A stretch of DNA of 64,000 bases from Bacteroidales bacterium. Lineage in GTDB: Bacteria; Bacteroidota; Bacteroidia; Bacteroidales; Azobacteroidaceae. The notes below the pieces were generated by a model. That model had not been told where the DNA came from, searched no databases, and was given only the letters and a program-made list of their open reading frames with translations. Both the position numbers and the translations under genes were made by a program. Location of the stretch: contig JAVBTA010000003.1 of NCBI GenBank assembly GCA_031556375.1, positions 103,319 to 167,318 on the forward strand, given 5' to 3'. Positions 1 to 10,373 of the stretch are shown piece after piece (position 1 is the stretch's first letter; each line of letters starts with the position of its first letter).

Positions 1-1512
1 AGCTCCATCTAATTTCACCAATGCTTTTTGGATAACAGGTTTCATTTCTCCATGGCGACGTTCCATGTTCATCATCATAGTGATAGGGACACCTCCGGCG
101 ATCCATTCAGAAGCAGGAGCTGTTGTATTACGTACAGATGCCATATAACCGGTTTTTCCACTACCAATCAAGCCCGCAGCAGTATATCCTAAAGAATAGC
201 AATAATCTGCATCATAATTAGAAGGCGCAGCACAACGTCCTTCATATCCGAAAAAGTGTACTTGTGTTGAGAATTTTTCTTTAGCAGGATATTTTCCTTC
301 TTGTTTCAATTCATCAATACGATTAGAGACCATTTCTGCCAATAGTTTTTCTGTTTCGATCAGAGAAACCTGAACATTTCCGTGAGGGTCACGATCAAGA
401 GTCAGCTGACGAGCAACTGTTTCCGGAAGGCTTTTATATATACGGGCATTCTCAGGAGACAATTTATCAATAATATGTTCGCGTTGAGCAGAACGTTTAA
501 TACGTTTGAATTCTTCATCATGAAGAGCCAGATAATCATTGAGTTCGGACATTAGTTTCTTCATAGCAGGAACAAACTCGATCAAACCTTCAGGAATCAA
601 TACCGTACCAAAATTATTGCCGTTTTTCATTCTTTCAGCAACAATATTAGCAATATAATTGATGATATCATCAAGAGATTGATTCTTAGCTTCTATTTCT
701 TCTGAAATGAGACAGACATTTGGTTGTACCTGAAGTGCACATTCCAAAGCGATATGTGAAGCTGAGCGGCCCATCAATTTGATGAAGTGCCAGTATTTAC
801 GGGCAGAATTACAGTCACGCTGAATATTTCCGATAACTTCAGAATAAACTTTACATGCTGTATCAAAACCGAACGATGTTTCTATCATTTCATTTTTCAG
901 GTCACCATCGATTGTTTTAGGACAACCGATCACCTGAACTCCAGCTCCTATACTAGCATAATATTCTGCCAATACACAAGCATTTGTATTTGAATCATCA
1001 CCTCCGATAATAACCAAAGCTGAGATATTCAGTTTTTTCAGGATTTCCAGACCTTTATCAAATTGTTCTTTGGTTTCCAGCTTAGTTCTTCCTGAGCCAA
1101 TGATATCAAAACCACCGGTATTACGGTATTCTTTAATGATATCCTTTGTCAACTCTATATATTTATGGTCAACTAAACCACCCGGTCCTAGAATAAAGCC
1201 ATACAATTTGCTGTCTTTATGAATATCTTCAATCCCGTCGAAAATTCCGGCAATCACGTTATGTCCACCCGGAGCTTGTCCTCCAGAAAGAATGACTCCC
1301 ACATTGATCGGTTTATTTGCCATTTTTGTATCGCTTTCTTCAAAACGAATTATTGGCATACCGTATGTATTCGGGAATAAGTTTTTGATTTCTTCCTGAT
1401 TGGAGACTGATTGTGTCGGTTCTCCTTCTTTTGCACGGACACATCCTTTCAATGTTTTGGGAACTTTAGGTTCATAAGTTGCACGGGCTATCTGTAATGC
1501 ACTTTTTGTCAT
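1..1512 (-). CDS. pfp: PPi-dependent phosphofructokinase (diphosphate--fructose-6-phosphate 1-phosphotransferase), truncated at the 3' end by the window edge
   Basis: The minus-strand translation begins [19 protein letters not shown], with its start codon at 1510-1512. It contains [20 protein letters not shown], the GGDDS variant of the PFK GGDGS motif that is typical of Pfp enzymes. The ORF runs off the window at position 1. Confidence 0.8.
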   Translation of the reverse strand, partial: MTKSALQIARATYEPKVPKTLKGCVRAKEGEPTQSVSNQEEIKNLFPNTYGMPIIRFEESDTKMANKPINVGVILSGGQAPGGHNVIAGIFDGIEDIHKDSKLYGFILGPGGLVDHKYIELTKDIIKEYRNTGGFDIIGSGRTKLETKEQFDKGLEILKKLNISALVIIGGDDSNTNACVLAEYYASIGAGVQVIGCPKTIDGDLKNEMIETSFGFDTACKVYSEVIGNIQRDCNSARKYWHFIKLMGRSASHIALECALQVQPNVCLISEEIEAKNQSLDDIINYIANIVAERMKNGNNFGTVLIPEGLIEFVPAMKKLMSELNDYLALHDEEFKRIKRSAQREHIIDKLSPENARIYKSLPETVARQLTLDRDPHGNVQVSLIETEKLLAEMVSNRIDELKQEGKYPAKEKFSTQVHFFGYEGRCAAPSNYDADYCYSLGYTAAGLIGSGKTGYMASVRNTTAPASEWIAGGVPITMMMNMERRHGEMKPVIQKALVKLDGA

Positions 1513-1837
1513 GAATGTTAAAATTATAGGGTTTATTTTTATTAAGGCTTGCAAATTTCGGAAAATTTTGGAATTAAACAAAATAAACGGGGAGTAAAAT
1601 TAGGTTAATTTTTGAATATCTGATTTTGTACCTGCAGAAGCGAATTACACGGTTATTTGTATTTTAACCTATTTTCTTCGCTAAAAATAATTGGCATATT
1701 CCAGAACATTCTTCTTAAATTTCCCATACGCCAATATACATCCCATTCCGAGATTGTTTTTATAACCCTAATCGCTTCCTGATCCTGACTGTAAAACGGA
1801 AATCCATACATTTTTTTCTTGCTCAACTTTACTTATC

Positions 1838-2938
1838 TTACCACTCTGCTAATTCATAATTTGTACTCCGTCCACCTTCCGTCTCTTGTCGTAAAATGCC
1901 TTTATCCATTAAATCTTTAATATCACGTAAAGCCGTATCGGACGAACACTTGGTTATCTTAGCCCATTTTGAAGATTTTAACTTGCCTTTAAATCCGTCT
2001 AACAACTTGTTGAGCATGATTTGCTGCCTTTCGTTGAGCGGTGTTCGAGAATATTTATTCCAAAAATCAGCCTTGTGAAGCACGCTATGCAAGGTGTTCT
2101 CGGTGGAAAGCAATGCTCGTTTTAAACAGTTTAGAAACCAATCCAACCAATCTGTTATATCCAAATTGCCATGTTGTGATTTTTCTAATACCGTATAATA
2201 TTTCTTTCGTTCATTGAGAATTTGATTCGACATGCTATAAAATCGTTGTTGACTTTCATCACTCCGAGCCAATAGCATATCCGAAATAGCACGGCCAATA
2301 CGTCCGTTTCCATCATCAAACGGATGTATGGTAACAAACCATAAATGGGCAATTGCCGCTTTTATCACAGAGTCTATTCTTGATTCACTTTCAAGCCATG
2401 CTAAAAATTGTGCCATTTCTTGTTCAATAAATTGTGGCTGTGGTGCTTCGTAATGAATTTTTTCTTTTCCCATAGCACCTGAAACAACTTGCATCTCGCC
2501 TGTTCGATAGCGAGCAACTTCTATTTTATACATTCCGCTACGTCCTGTCGGAAATAATGCAGCGTGCCAATCAAACAACCGTTCTTCGGTAAGAGGTTGT
2601 TGATAGTTTCGTGTCGCATCAAGTGTCATCTCAACAATGCCCTCAATATTTCTCGCAGATGAAACTAACCCTGCAATATCCATTCCTAAATGTCTTGCAA
2701 TTGAGGAACGTACTTGTGCACGGCTTAGTTTTTCGCCCTCAATTTCAGACGATTTAAGAATGTCAAGTGTAAGTGTCGTGAGTGTAGCTTCTTCTTGCAA
2801 TGAAAATCCCAATGAGTGCATTTTTCCCATCAGTCTCCCTTGTAGATTGCGAACCTCTCCAAGCGTAATAGCAAGAACCTTATCATTCCACGTAAAACGA
2901 GGCCAATCTTTTTGCAGATAAATATATTTTGTCATTAC
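1838..2938 (-). CDS. Fic/DOC family protein with an N-terminal inhibitory motif and a C-terminal winged-helix region
   Basis: Canonical Fic motif HPFDDGNGRIGR. An upstream SSEIEG matches the [ST]xxxE[GN] auto-inhibitory helix of class II Fic proteins. The likely start is MTKYIYLQ, an internal Met of the 379-aa ORF. Confidence 0.8.
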   Translation of the reverse strand, partial: VMTKYIYLQKDWPRFTWNDKVLAITLGEVRNLQGRLMGKMHSLGFSLQEEATLTTLTLDILKSSEIEGEKLSRAQVRSSIARHLGMDIAGLVSSARNIEGIVEMTLDATRNYQQPLTEERLFDWHAALFPTGRSGMYKIEVARYRTGEMQVVSGAMGKEKIHYEAPQPQFIEQEMAQFLAWLESESRIDSVIKAAIAHLWFVTIHPFDDGNGRIGRAISDMLLARSDESQQRFYSMSNQILNERKKYYTVLEKSQHGNLDITDWLDWFLNCLKRALLSTENTLHSVLHKADFWNKYSRTPLNERQQIMLNKLLDGFKGKLKSSKWAKITKCSSDTALRDIKDLMDKGILRQETEGGRSTNYELAEW

Positions 2939-3082
2939 TTTCTTTTTTGCGGCAAATATACAAATTATTCTCCGCATTTTTTGCGGAAATTAAATAATAT
3001 TCTCTTGGATTTATAAGTTAAAGTTGAATTATCCACACGATAATATTATCTTTACACCCCAATTTCAAATAAATGTATTATT

Positions 3083-3637
3083 ATGGTAACAATCATTTTG
3101 ACGCATCCCTGGCATGGGAGTTTCAATAAAGCAATCTGTGACACAATAACGTCAAAATTAGATAGTATAAACAAACCCTATACCGTTTTAGACTTAAACA
3201 AAGATAATTTCAATCCGGTATTGACTGAGAATGAGTTGGCTCTCTATTCCGAGGGAAAATACACAGATCCTTTAGTCGGACATTATCAATCTGTGATCAA
3301 ACAATCAGATGAAGTTATATTTATTTTTCCAATTTGGTGGAATACCAGTCCGGCTATACTTAGGGGCTTTCTTGACAAGGTTTTTCTGGTTAATTTCTCC
3401 CACACTTACGAAAACGGTTGGACTCCTTTATTGAAAATAGATAAAACACTGGTTGTTACAACAAGCCAGGTACCTACAGAACACTTTGCATCTTCAATGG
3501 AAAATCTTTTTATAAAAGAAAATCTGGGAGTTGTAGGGTTCAAAAATATCACCTGGATGAATTGTGATAACGTGAAATTTAGCCCGGATGAGCATAGAAA
3601 ACGCTTTTTACAAGATATAAGTAACTATATTAATTGA
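3083..3637 (+). CDS. Flavodoxin-like fold NAD(P)H dehydrogenase (quinone)-family protein
   Basis: N-terminus IILTHPWHGSFNKAI...LDLNKDNFNPVL and the later FPIWWNTSPAILRGFLDKV match the Flavodoxin_2 / general stress protein 14 pattern. Confidence 0.6.
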   Translation: MVTIILTHPWHGSFNKAICDTITSKLDSINKPYTVLDLNKDNFNPVLTENELALYSEGKYTDPLVGHYQSVIKQSDEVIFIFPIWWNTSPAILRGFLDKVFLVNFSHTYENGWTPLLKIDKTLVVTTSQVPTEHFASSMENLFIKENLGVVGFKNITWMNCDNVKFSPDEHRKRFLQDISNYIN

Positions 3638-3640
3638 ATT

Positions 3641-4486
3641 ATGAATTATTACGAGTTAAAAATAACGATCTCTCCTAATACGGAGACAAACAGGGATGTG
3701 CTGGCAGCTTTACTGGCCGAAATCGGATTCGAAAGCTTCACAGAATCAGAGAATGGCCTTAATGCTTATGTTGCTGAAAAGAACTATTCAAAAGAAGCAA
3801 TCGATGAACTTTTATCCGACGTGCCCCTCATTGAAGTTGAATTAAAGTATACTATCAATTATGTTGAAGCAGAAGATTGGAATGAAGAATGGGAGAAAAA
3901 CTTCTTTCAACCAATTATTATCGATGATAAATGTGTGATTCATAGCTCTTTTCACAAAGATATCCCAAGTCTTTCTTACGACATCGTAATTGACCCTAAA
4001 ATGGCTTTTGGTACAGGACATCATGAAACTACAAGTCTGATGGTATCTTATCTGCTTCAAATGGATGTGGAAAACAAATCTTTCCTCGACATGGGTTGTG
4101 GAACTGCGGTACTGGCTATTCTCGCTAAAATGCAAAGATCCGGACGTACATTGGCGATTGACAATGATGAATGGGCATATCAGAACTCTCTCGAAAACAT
4201 ACAGTTAAATCATACAGAAGATATAGAAGTTTTGTTAGGAGATGCCGGTCTGCTTGAAAAAGAATCGTTTGATATTATTTTTGCTAATATCAACAGAAAT
4301 ATTTTACTGGCAGATATTCACATCTATGCTTCCTGCATGAAACAAGGCTCTGAGCTATATATGAGTGGGTTTTATACTGAAGATCTGGACATTATTCGTA
4401 AAGAATGTGAGAAAAATGGTTTGAAGTTTATTGATAACAAAGTAAAAAATAATTGGACAGCTGCCCGGTTCATCTGTTCAAAATGA
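3641..4486 (+). CDS. prmA: Ribosomal protein L11 methyltransferase
   Basis: PrmA-like N-terminus (YELKITISPNTETNRDVLAALLAEIGFESF). SAM-binding motif LDMGCGTAVLAILA. 281 aa. Confidence 0.85.
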   Translation: MNYYELKITISPNTETNRDVLAALLAEIGFESFTESENGLNAYVAEKNYSKEAIDELLSDVPLIEVELKYTINYVEAEDWNEEWEKNFFQPIIIDDKCVIHSSFHKDIPSLSYDIVIDPKMAFGTGHHETTSLMVSYLLQMDVENKSFLDMGCGTAVLAILAKMQRSGRTLAIDNDEWAYQNSLENIQLNHTEDIEVLLGDAGLLEKESFDIIFANINRNILLADIHIYASCMKQGSELYMSGFYTEDLDIIRKECEKNGLKFIDNKVKNNWTAARFICSK

Positions 4487-4687
4487 TGTATGAATTTTTA
4501 ATTTTATTTAATTAAAAATCAAAAACTTAATCGTTTTCCGGAAAATAAAATTTGCAAATTTGCAAAAAAGCAGTACCTTTGCGCCCGGGTAAGTCCTATA
4601 CGGCCAGCTCCCTTCGAATCCCCCCAGGGCTTGATCGCAGCAAGGGTAGTTGGTTGTAGCGGCGCGATATAGTAAGCTTGCCCACCT

Positions 4688-4761
4688 GCCTCTTTAGCTC
4701 AGTTGGCCAGAGCACGTGATTTGTAATCTCGGGGTCGTTGGTTCGAATCCGACAAGAGGCT
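4688..4761 (+). tRNA. tRNA, anticodon UGU by hand folding (tRNA-Thr)
   Basis: Cloverleaf folded by hand: acceptor GCCTCTT/AAGAGGC, D-arm GCTC..GAGC, T-arm GTTGG-TTCGAAT-CCGAC, anticodon loop TTTGTAA. One T-T mismatch in the anticodon stem lowers my certainty about the isotype. CCA is not encoded. The gene is followed by a hairpin terminator. Confidence 0.75.
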
Positions 4762-4779
4762 CAAAATTAAAAAGAAAGT

Positions 4780-4810
4780 AAGGATTGGTAAACACCAATC
4801 CTTTTTTTAT
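4780..4810 (+). terminator. Rho-independent terminator after the tRNA
   Basis: AAGGATTGGT-aaaca-CCAATCCTT followed by TTTTTTT. Confidence 0.7.
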
Positions 4811-4891
4811 TTAATAATTTTTCAAAACAATAGAAAGAACCATTCTTTTGTGTATTTTTGTATTCAAAATCAAATAACAATATTCAATCAT

Positions 4892-6646
4892 ATGTACAGG
4901 ACTAGAACTTGCGGTGAATTACGCATTGAAAACCTCAATCAGGAGGTCGTATTGGCTGGATGGGTGCAAAAAGCCCGTAAAATGGGTGGTATGATATTTA
5001 TCGATCTGCGTGATCGTTATGGCATCACACAATTAGTATTCAACCAGGAAGTAAATAGTGAATTGTGTGAACGGGCATCAAAAATCGGCCGGGAATGGGT
5101 AATTCAGGTCAAAGGAAAGGTGATGGAACGTTCGAATAAAAACACAAATATTCCTACCGGAGATATCGAAATCATAGCCAGTGAACTGACAGTTCTCAAT
5201 GCATCGGAAGTTCCTCCTTTCACTATTGAAGAAGAAACCGATGGTGGTGATGACATCAGAATGAAATACCGTTATCTCGATTTGCGTAGAACTAATGTAC
5301 GTTCGAATCTGGAATTGCGTCACCGGATGGCTTTTGAAACCAGAAGTTATCTTAACGAACGTCGTTTTCTGGAAGTTGAGACTCCCGTACTGATCGGATC
5401 GACTCCTGAAGGAGCCCGCGACTTCGTAGTTCCATCCCGCATGAATCCGGGAGAGTTTTATGCCCTACCCCAATCACCTCAGACATTCAAACAATTATTG
5501 ATGGTATCGGGTTTTGACCGCTACTTCCAAATAGTAAAATGTTTCCGCGACGAAGACTTACGCGCTGACCGTCAGCCTGAATTTACTCAGATCGACTGCG
5601 AAATGTCATTTGTTGAACAGGAAGATATTCTTAATACGTTCGAAGGACTGACAAAGCATCTGTTCAAAACAATAAAAGGTATAGAGGTATCGGATTTCCC
5701 TAGAATATCATATGACGAAGCTATGAAACTTTACGGATCCGATAAACCTGATACCCGTTTCGATATGAAATTCGTTGAAATCAAGGATCTGACCACAGGA
5801 AAAGATTTTGTGGTATTCGACAGTTCAGAATATGTTGCTGCTATTTGTGCCGAAGGTTGTGCGTCCTATACCCGCAAACAACTGGATGAGCTGACGGATT
5901 TCGTAAAACGTCCTCAGATTGGAGCAAAAGGTTTGGTTTATGTACGTTACGAAGCCGACGGATCATTGAAATCATCTGTGGACAAATTCTATTCTCAGGA
6001 TGATCTAAAAGCCTGGGCAGACCGTTGTAATGCAAAACCCGGTGATTTGATCCTGGTTCTTTGCGGAGCAACAGAAAAAACACAAAAACAACTTTGCGAA
6101 CTGCGTTTGGAAATGGGTTCCAGACTTGGTTTAAGAGATAAGAGCAAATTCAACTGCCTTTGGGTTGTAGACTTTCCTCTTCTGGAGTTCGATGAAGAAC
6201 TGAACCGTTATTTTGCTAAACACCACCCGTTCACAAGCCCTAAACCGGAAGATATCGCATTGCTGGATTCTAATCCGGGAGCCGTACGTGCCAATGCTTA
6301 CGATATGGTAATCAATGGAGTAGAAATCGGTGGAGGCTCAATCCGTATCCATAACAGCGAATTACAAAAGAAAATGTTCAGTATATTAGGATTCACTGAC
6401 GAAAAGGCACAGGCTCAATTCGGATTTTTGATGAATGCATTCAAATTCGGTGCGCCTCCCCATGGTGGTATTGCTTTCGGTCTGGATCGCTTTGTTTCTA
6501 TTTTCGCAGGACTTGATTCAATTCGCGACTGTATCGCATTCCCGAAAAATAATTCAGGAAGAGATGTTATGATCGATGCGCCGGCTTGTTTGGAGCAAGA
6601 ACAATTAGATGAATTGAGTCTGAAAGTTGTATTGAAGGAGAAATAA
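4892..6646 (+). CDS. aspS: Aspartate--tRNA ligase
   Basis: [50 protein letters not shown] is the classical AspRS anticodon-binding N-terminus. Class II motifs follow ([18 protein letters not shown]; GGGSIRIH). The start is taken at the internal Met. Confidence 0.9.
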   Translation: MYRTRTCGELRIENLNQEVVLAGWVQKARKMGGMIFIDLRDRYGITQLVFNQEVNSELCERASKIGREWVIQVKGKVMERSNKNTNIPTGDIEIIASELTVLNASEVPPFTIEEETDGGDDIRMKYRYLDLRRTNVRSNLELRHRMAFETRSYLNERRFLEVETPVLIGSTPEGARDFVVPSRMNPGEFYALPQSPQTFKQLLMVSGFDRYFQIVKCFRDEDLRADRQPEFTQIDCEMSFVEQEDILNTFEGLTKHLFKTIKGIEVSDFPRISYDEAMKLYGSDKPDTRFDMKFVEIKDLTTGKDFVVFDSSEYVAAICAEGCASYTRKQLDELTDFVKRPQIGAKGLVYVRYEADGSLKSSVDKFYSQDDLKAWADRCNAKPGDLILVLCGATEKTQKQLCELRLEMGSRLGLRDKSKFNCLWVVDFPLLEFDEELNRYFAKHHPFTSPKPEDIALLDSNPGAVRANAYDMVINGVEIGGGSIRIHNSELQKKMFSILGFTDEKAQAQFGFLMNAFKFGAPPHGGIAFGLDRFVSIFAGLDSIRDCIAFPKNNSGRDVMIDAPACLEQEQLDELSLKVVLKEK

Positions 6647-6675
6647 TCCAATCGATTCCGGTTGATTTGAAAAAA

Positions 6676-6720
6676 TTAGCCCCGTCATTCGAATTCGAGA
6701 TGACGGGGCTAAATATTTTA
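6676..6720. terminator. Bidirectional hairpin terminator between aspS and the convergent M16 gene
   Basis: AGCCCCGTCAT-tcgaattcgag-ATGACGGGGCT, flanked by A/T runs on both sides. Confidence 0.65.
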
Positions 6721-6729
6721 TACAGTTTG

Positions 6730-8829
6730 TTATAGGAATGAACTGTCTGACAATCCTGTATTTACAGCAATTTTATTAACAGTTGCTTTCATTTCCATTC
6801 CCATTGCTTTCTGAACAAAGGTATGAGGGAAAAGAACACCGTTAACCGGCTTATAATCTGAATATTCCGTAACCTGTTGCATTTCTCCCTGAGGTGTATC
6901 CGCAGTCATTGTTTTTTGAACCAATAATCCGCTGTTAACATCAAAGAAACAACTCATTACCTTTGATGGAGCGTATTCAACATCAACCATGTAAGCATCC
7001 GATTTCTTCACTTTTTTAATGCCCTTAACACTCATCTTATAACCATTTTGAGCATAATACATTTCCGGACATACATAAGAGCCCATTTTTGCAGCTAAGA
7101 GTTCGTTTCCATCAGTAAATTCCTTGCTTCCACCCATACCCGATGTAATCAGTTTAACTCCGTTGAAGATTATTTTTTGAACAGACATACCGCCTGTTGA
7201 GAGTTCTGTAACTGTCATTCCCGGTTTTTTGAACATCTGAAGCATATCAATTTTTTGTCCCATCATAAACATCTCTGCATTAATGGTATAATCGTTAATT
7301 TTTTCAATCTCAGCAGCTCCACCAATTGCTTTTACATAATTATTGATGATTTGCTCAGCTGTAACTTCAACCTTGTCATTTTTAGCATCTTCCACTATCG
7401 GATTGGCATTTACATCATAAAACTGAACTGTTTTATTTGCTGCAAATTGTTTCAGGCCTTCTGCATGAGATTTATCACCTGTCACAACGACATAGGCATT
7501 GTTCGGTTTAAGGTATTTCTTTGCAGCAGCCTGAACATCAGCAACCGTAACGGCATGCAAACGCTTCAGATAATTTTTATAATAATCTTTCGGTAAATTA
7601 TATTTGTCAATGTTCAGTGCAAATTCAGCTAATGTACTTGGATTTTCCAACATTCGTCCGAAATTTCCGGCAAGATAACTTTTTGCTCCGTTCAATTCTT
7701 TTTCAGTAACAGGAGTTTCAATCATCTTCTTCATTTCATAATCAATTTGATATATAGCACTATCGGTAGCCGCTCCTTTTACTTGTCCGGCTCCACCACG
7801 CCCCGCAGATAAATAGAAACGGGAAACCAATTCATTGCTATTCAGATAGCTATATACTCCATAAGTGTAACTGTGTGTCTCTCTCAAATTCTGGAAAAGA
7901 CGGCTACCCATTCCTTGTCCGAATACATGCATTAATACTTCAACAACCTCTTCATCAGAAGAACCCACCTTCAATTGAATAGGATATGTAATGTCGATTG
8001 CTGATTGTACAGAACTTGGTTTATCGATCATCGAAACTGTAGTCTCTTTCGGAGTCTGAGGAATAGTATATTTAGTTACAGGAACATTCTTCTTCGCCCA
8101 CTTTCCGAAATATTTTTCCGCATTGGCCTTAGCTTCACTTTCGGAAATATCACCGATAATAACTAAGCGGGCTACATTCGGTGCGAAATAAGTATTGTAG
8201 TATTTTTCCAAATCAGCAACTTTAATATTATCATAGCTGGCTTCTGTTTCCAGTTCTCCGTTAGGAAATCCTTTTCCATAGGCCAAAGCCGAAGCCAAAC
8301 GATTATTCATGCTGCTGATATCATCTCCGATAGAAGATAAAGCTGTTTTTTGTTTTTTTACATTCAAATCCAGTTCACTTTCATTGAAAACCGGCTCCAA
8401 AAGAATTTCTGAGAAAATAGTAAGCATTTGATCTTCATATTTTTTCAAACAGCTGGCATACCCTCCACGGCTGTACGATGAAATTCTAGCCCCGATAAGG
8501 TCTATACTTTTGTTAAGCTCTTCTTTTGTCTGTTTTTTAGTCGCAGTTCCTATTACTGAAGTAAAAATATCGGACAAACCTGCTTTATCTCCTTCTAACT
8601 CAGGTTTAATGTCCAGAGACAATGAATAACGAACGATCGGCACAGTATTGTCTTCTACTACGAAAACCTTCAAACCATTAGGCAGAGTGAAGATTTTAGC
8701 ATCTTTAATCTGGATTTCTTTGGCTGGTGCTGCTGACGGGCGGATACTACGATCAATCTCTTGTGCATTCAGTACTATTGCACAAAGCAGAAAGATGAAT
8801 ATATTTAAAATCTTTTTCATATTTTTCAA
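6730..8829 (-). CDS. M16-family (pitrilysin-like) peptidase, non-catalytic partner subunit, secreted
   Basis: Signal peptide MKNMKKILNIFIFLLCAIVLNAQ. M16-like domains but no HxxEH zinc motif. Tandem with the catalytic M16 gene immediately upstream on the same strand. Confidence 0.65.
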   Translation of the reverse strand: MKNMKKILNIFIFLLCAIVLNAQEIDRSIRPSAAPAKEIQIKDAKIFTLPNGLKVFVVEDNTVPIVRYSLSLDIKPELEGDKAGLSDIFTSVIGTATKKQTKEELNKSIDLIGARISSYSRGGYASCLKKYEDQMLTIFSEILLEPVFNESELDLNVKKQKTALSSIGDDISSMNNRLASALAYGKGFPNGELETEASYDNIKVADLEKYYNTYFAPNVARLVIIGDISESEAKANAEKYFGKWAKKNVPVTKYTIPQTPKETTVSMIDKPSSVQSAIDITYPIQLKVGSSDEEVVEVLMHVFGQGMGSRLFQNLRETHSYTYGVYSYLNSNELVSRFYLSAGRGGAGQVKGAATDSAIYQIDYEMKKMIETPVTEKELNGAKSYLAGNFGRMLENPSTLAEFALNIDKYNLPKDYYKNYLKRLHAVTVADVQAAAKKYLKPNNAYVVVTGDKSHAEGLKQFAANKTVQFYDVNANPIVEDAKNDKVEVTAEQIINNYVKAIGGAAEIEKINDYTINAEMFMMGQKIDMLQMFKKPGMTVTELSTGGMSVQKIIFNGVKLITSGMGGSKEFTDGNELLAAKMGSYVCPEMYYAQNGYKMSVKGIKKVKKSDAYMVDVEYAPSKVMSCFFDVNSGLLVQKTMTADTPQGEMQQVTEYSDYKPVNGVLFPHTFVQKAMGMEMKATVNKIAVNTGLSDSSFL

Positions 8830-8848
8830 TTTATTCTGTTTTACTTAC

Positions 8849-10189
8849 TTATTTCTTTTCTGATTCAGGAAGATAGTACAAAACCACACGATTATTTTTT
8901 GCAAAATATTTTTTAGCAACATTCATCAAATCCTCACGTGTAATATTACTATAAAAGTCCAGTTCACGATTGATTCTTCCGGCATCTTTAAAATAGGTAT
9001 AGTTATTTGCCAGGTATTCAGCAACTTTTCTTATACTATTCAAATCGGAAGCAATGCTGTATTCTTTAGCTGCCATAGCCATTTGGAACTCATCTTCAGC
9101 AACCAGTTCGTTTTGAACTTTTTCAATCTCAATATTGAAAGCTTCTTCTAGTTTCTCCGGAGTCACTCCGCCATTTACAATACCAATTACGTATGTCAAT
9201 CCCGGATCTTCCTGTGCGTAAGGATATACCACTGCCTGTAATGCGACTCCTTTATCAGTAATATTCGTTTTCATACGGGAACTGGCTCCTCCTGATAAAA
9301 TCTGGGAAAGAATTTCAAGAGCATGAGCATCTTTTGTTCCCATAGCCGGTGCATGATAACCCATAAATACTCCAGGCAACTGGATCTTATCATAAACAAT
9401 ATCACGAATTTCCGCTGTTTGAGCCGGTTCCATGTCTTTTTGCGGACGATTGAAAGATTTTGTTCCTTTAGGGATTCCCGCGAAATATTTATTAATCCAT
9501 TCTTTTGTTTGTTTTTCATCAAAATCTCCGGAAATAACCATTACCGCATTATTCGGAACATAATATGTCTTGTAGAAATTATAAATATCTTCATCAGTAG
9601 CATTACGGATATGCTCCGGATAACCAAGAACCGACCACCTGTAGGGGTGGACTGTAAATGCTTTTTCTCCCAGTTTCTCTGTAGCAAGACCATACGGTTG
9701 ACTTTCCATTGTTTGTTTACGTTCTTCAATTACAACTCCTTTTTGAGTAGCGATGCCAATAGAATCAATCTTCGCATGTAACATACGTTCAGATTCCATC
9801 CATAAAGCTAATTCCAGTTGATTAGAAGGCATCAGTTCAAAATAATAGGTACGATCCGGAGAAGTATTGGCATTCAATGCCCCACCATTTTCTTCTACAA
9901 TTTTCATATACTCTCCACGACCAATATTTTGAGAACCTTCAAACATCAAATGTTCAAAAAAATGGGCAAAACCGGTTTTGTCCGGAGTTTCATTCTTGGT
10001 TCCCACATGATACATAATAGAAACAACCACGTTGGGAGTAGATGCATCTTTATGCAGAATCACATGTAACCCATTGCTCAGATCATATTCGGAAAACTCG
10101 ATGTTCACCTTTTGATCATCTTTTTCTTTAGCATTGACCGTAAAACTGCACCAGACAGCAATAGCCAACAATACGACTAACTTTTTCAT
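8849..10189 (-). CDS. M16-family zinc peptidase, catalytic subunit, secreted
   Basis: Signal peptide. The inverted zinc-binding motif HFFEHLMFEG (HxxEH) is present. Confidence 0.8.
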   Translation of the reverse strand: MKKLVVLLAIAVWCSFTVNAKEKDDQKVNIEFSEYDLSNGLHVILHKDASTPNVVVSIMYHVGTKNETPDKTGFAHFFEHLMFEGSQNIGRGEYMKIVEENGGALNANTSPDRTYYFELMPSNQLELALWMESERMLHAKIDSIGIATQKGVVIEERKQTMESQPYGLATEKLGEKAFTVHPYRWSVLGYPEHIRNATDEDIYNFYKTYYVPNNAVMVISGDFDEKQTKEWINKYFAGIPKGTKSFNRPQKDMEPAQTAEIRDIVYDKIQLPGVFMGYHAPAMGTKDAHALEILSQILSGGASSRMKTNITDKGVALQAVVYPYAQEDPGLTYVIGIVNGGVTPEKLEEAFNIEIEKVQNELVAEDEFQMAMAAKEYSIASDLNSIRKVAEYLANNYTYFKDAGRINRELDFYSNITREDLMNVAKKYFAKNNRVVLYYLPESEKK

Positions 10190-10333
10190 ATTTATATTAT
10201 TATTTATAAAAATTTACCACAAAAGTAACTCTTTATTTTTAACTATTTGGAGAACAGATTTTTTTTTTAATTGTTAACATATTAACTAATGGTGTTAATC
10301 AATCGAATATTTCGTTATTTGATAAAGAAATCG

Positions 10334-10341
10334 TAACTTTG
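10334..10341 (+). promoter_or_regulatory. Bacteroidetes-type -7 promoter element (TAnnTTTG) for pfkA
   Basis: TAACTTTG lies about 33 nt upstream of the pfkA ATG. Confidence 0.4.
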
Positions 10342-10373
10342 TACTGTTTTTAGGCAAAAAATGATTAGTTATT

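Noticed and set aside
1896-4135. Short ORFs (60-97 aa) embedded in or antisense to the Fic and prmA genes (1896..2078, 2637..2921, 3842..4135)
   Set aside because: Each is fully contained within a well-supported longer CDS and has no motif. They are typical shadow ORFs.
4560-4687. Considered calling the GC-rich tRNA leader an SRP (4.5S) RNA
   Set aside because: A partial resemblance to the GCAGC-AAGG domain IV consensus is present, but I could not fold a convincing helix 8 with a GNRA tetraloop by hand. It is kept only as a low-confidence finding.
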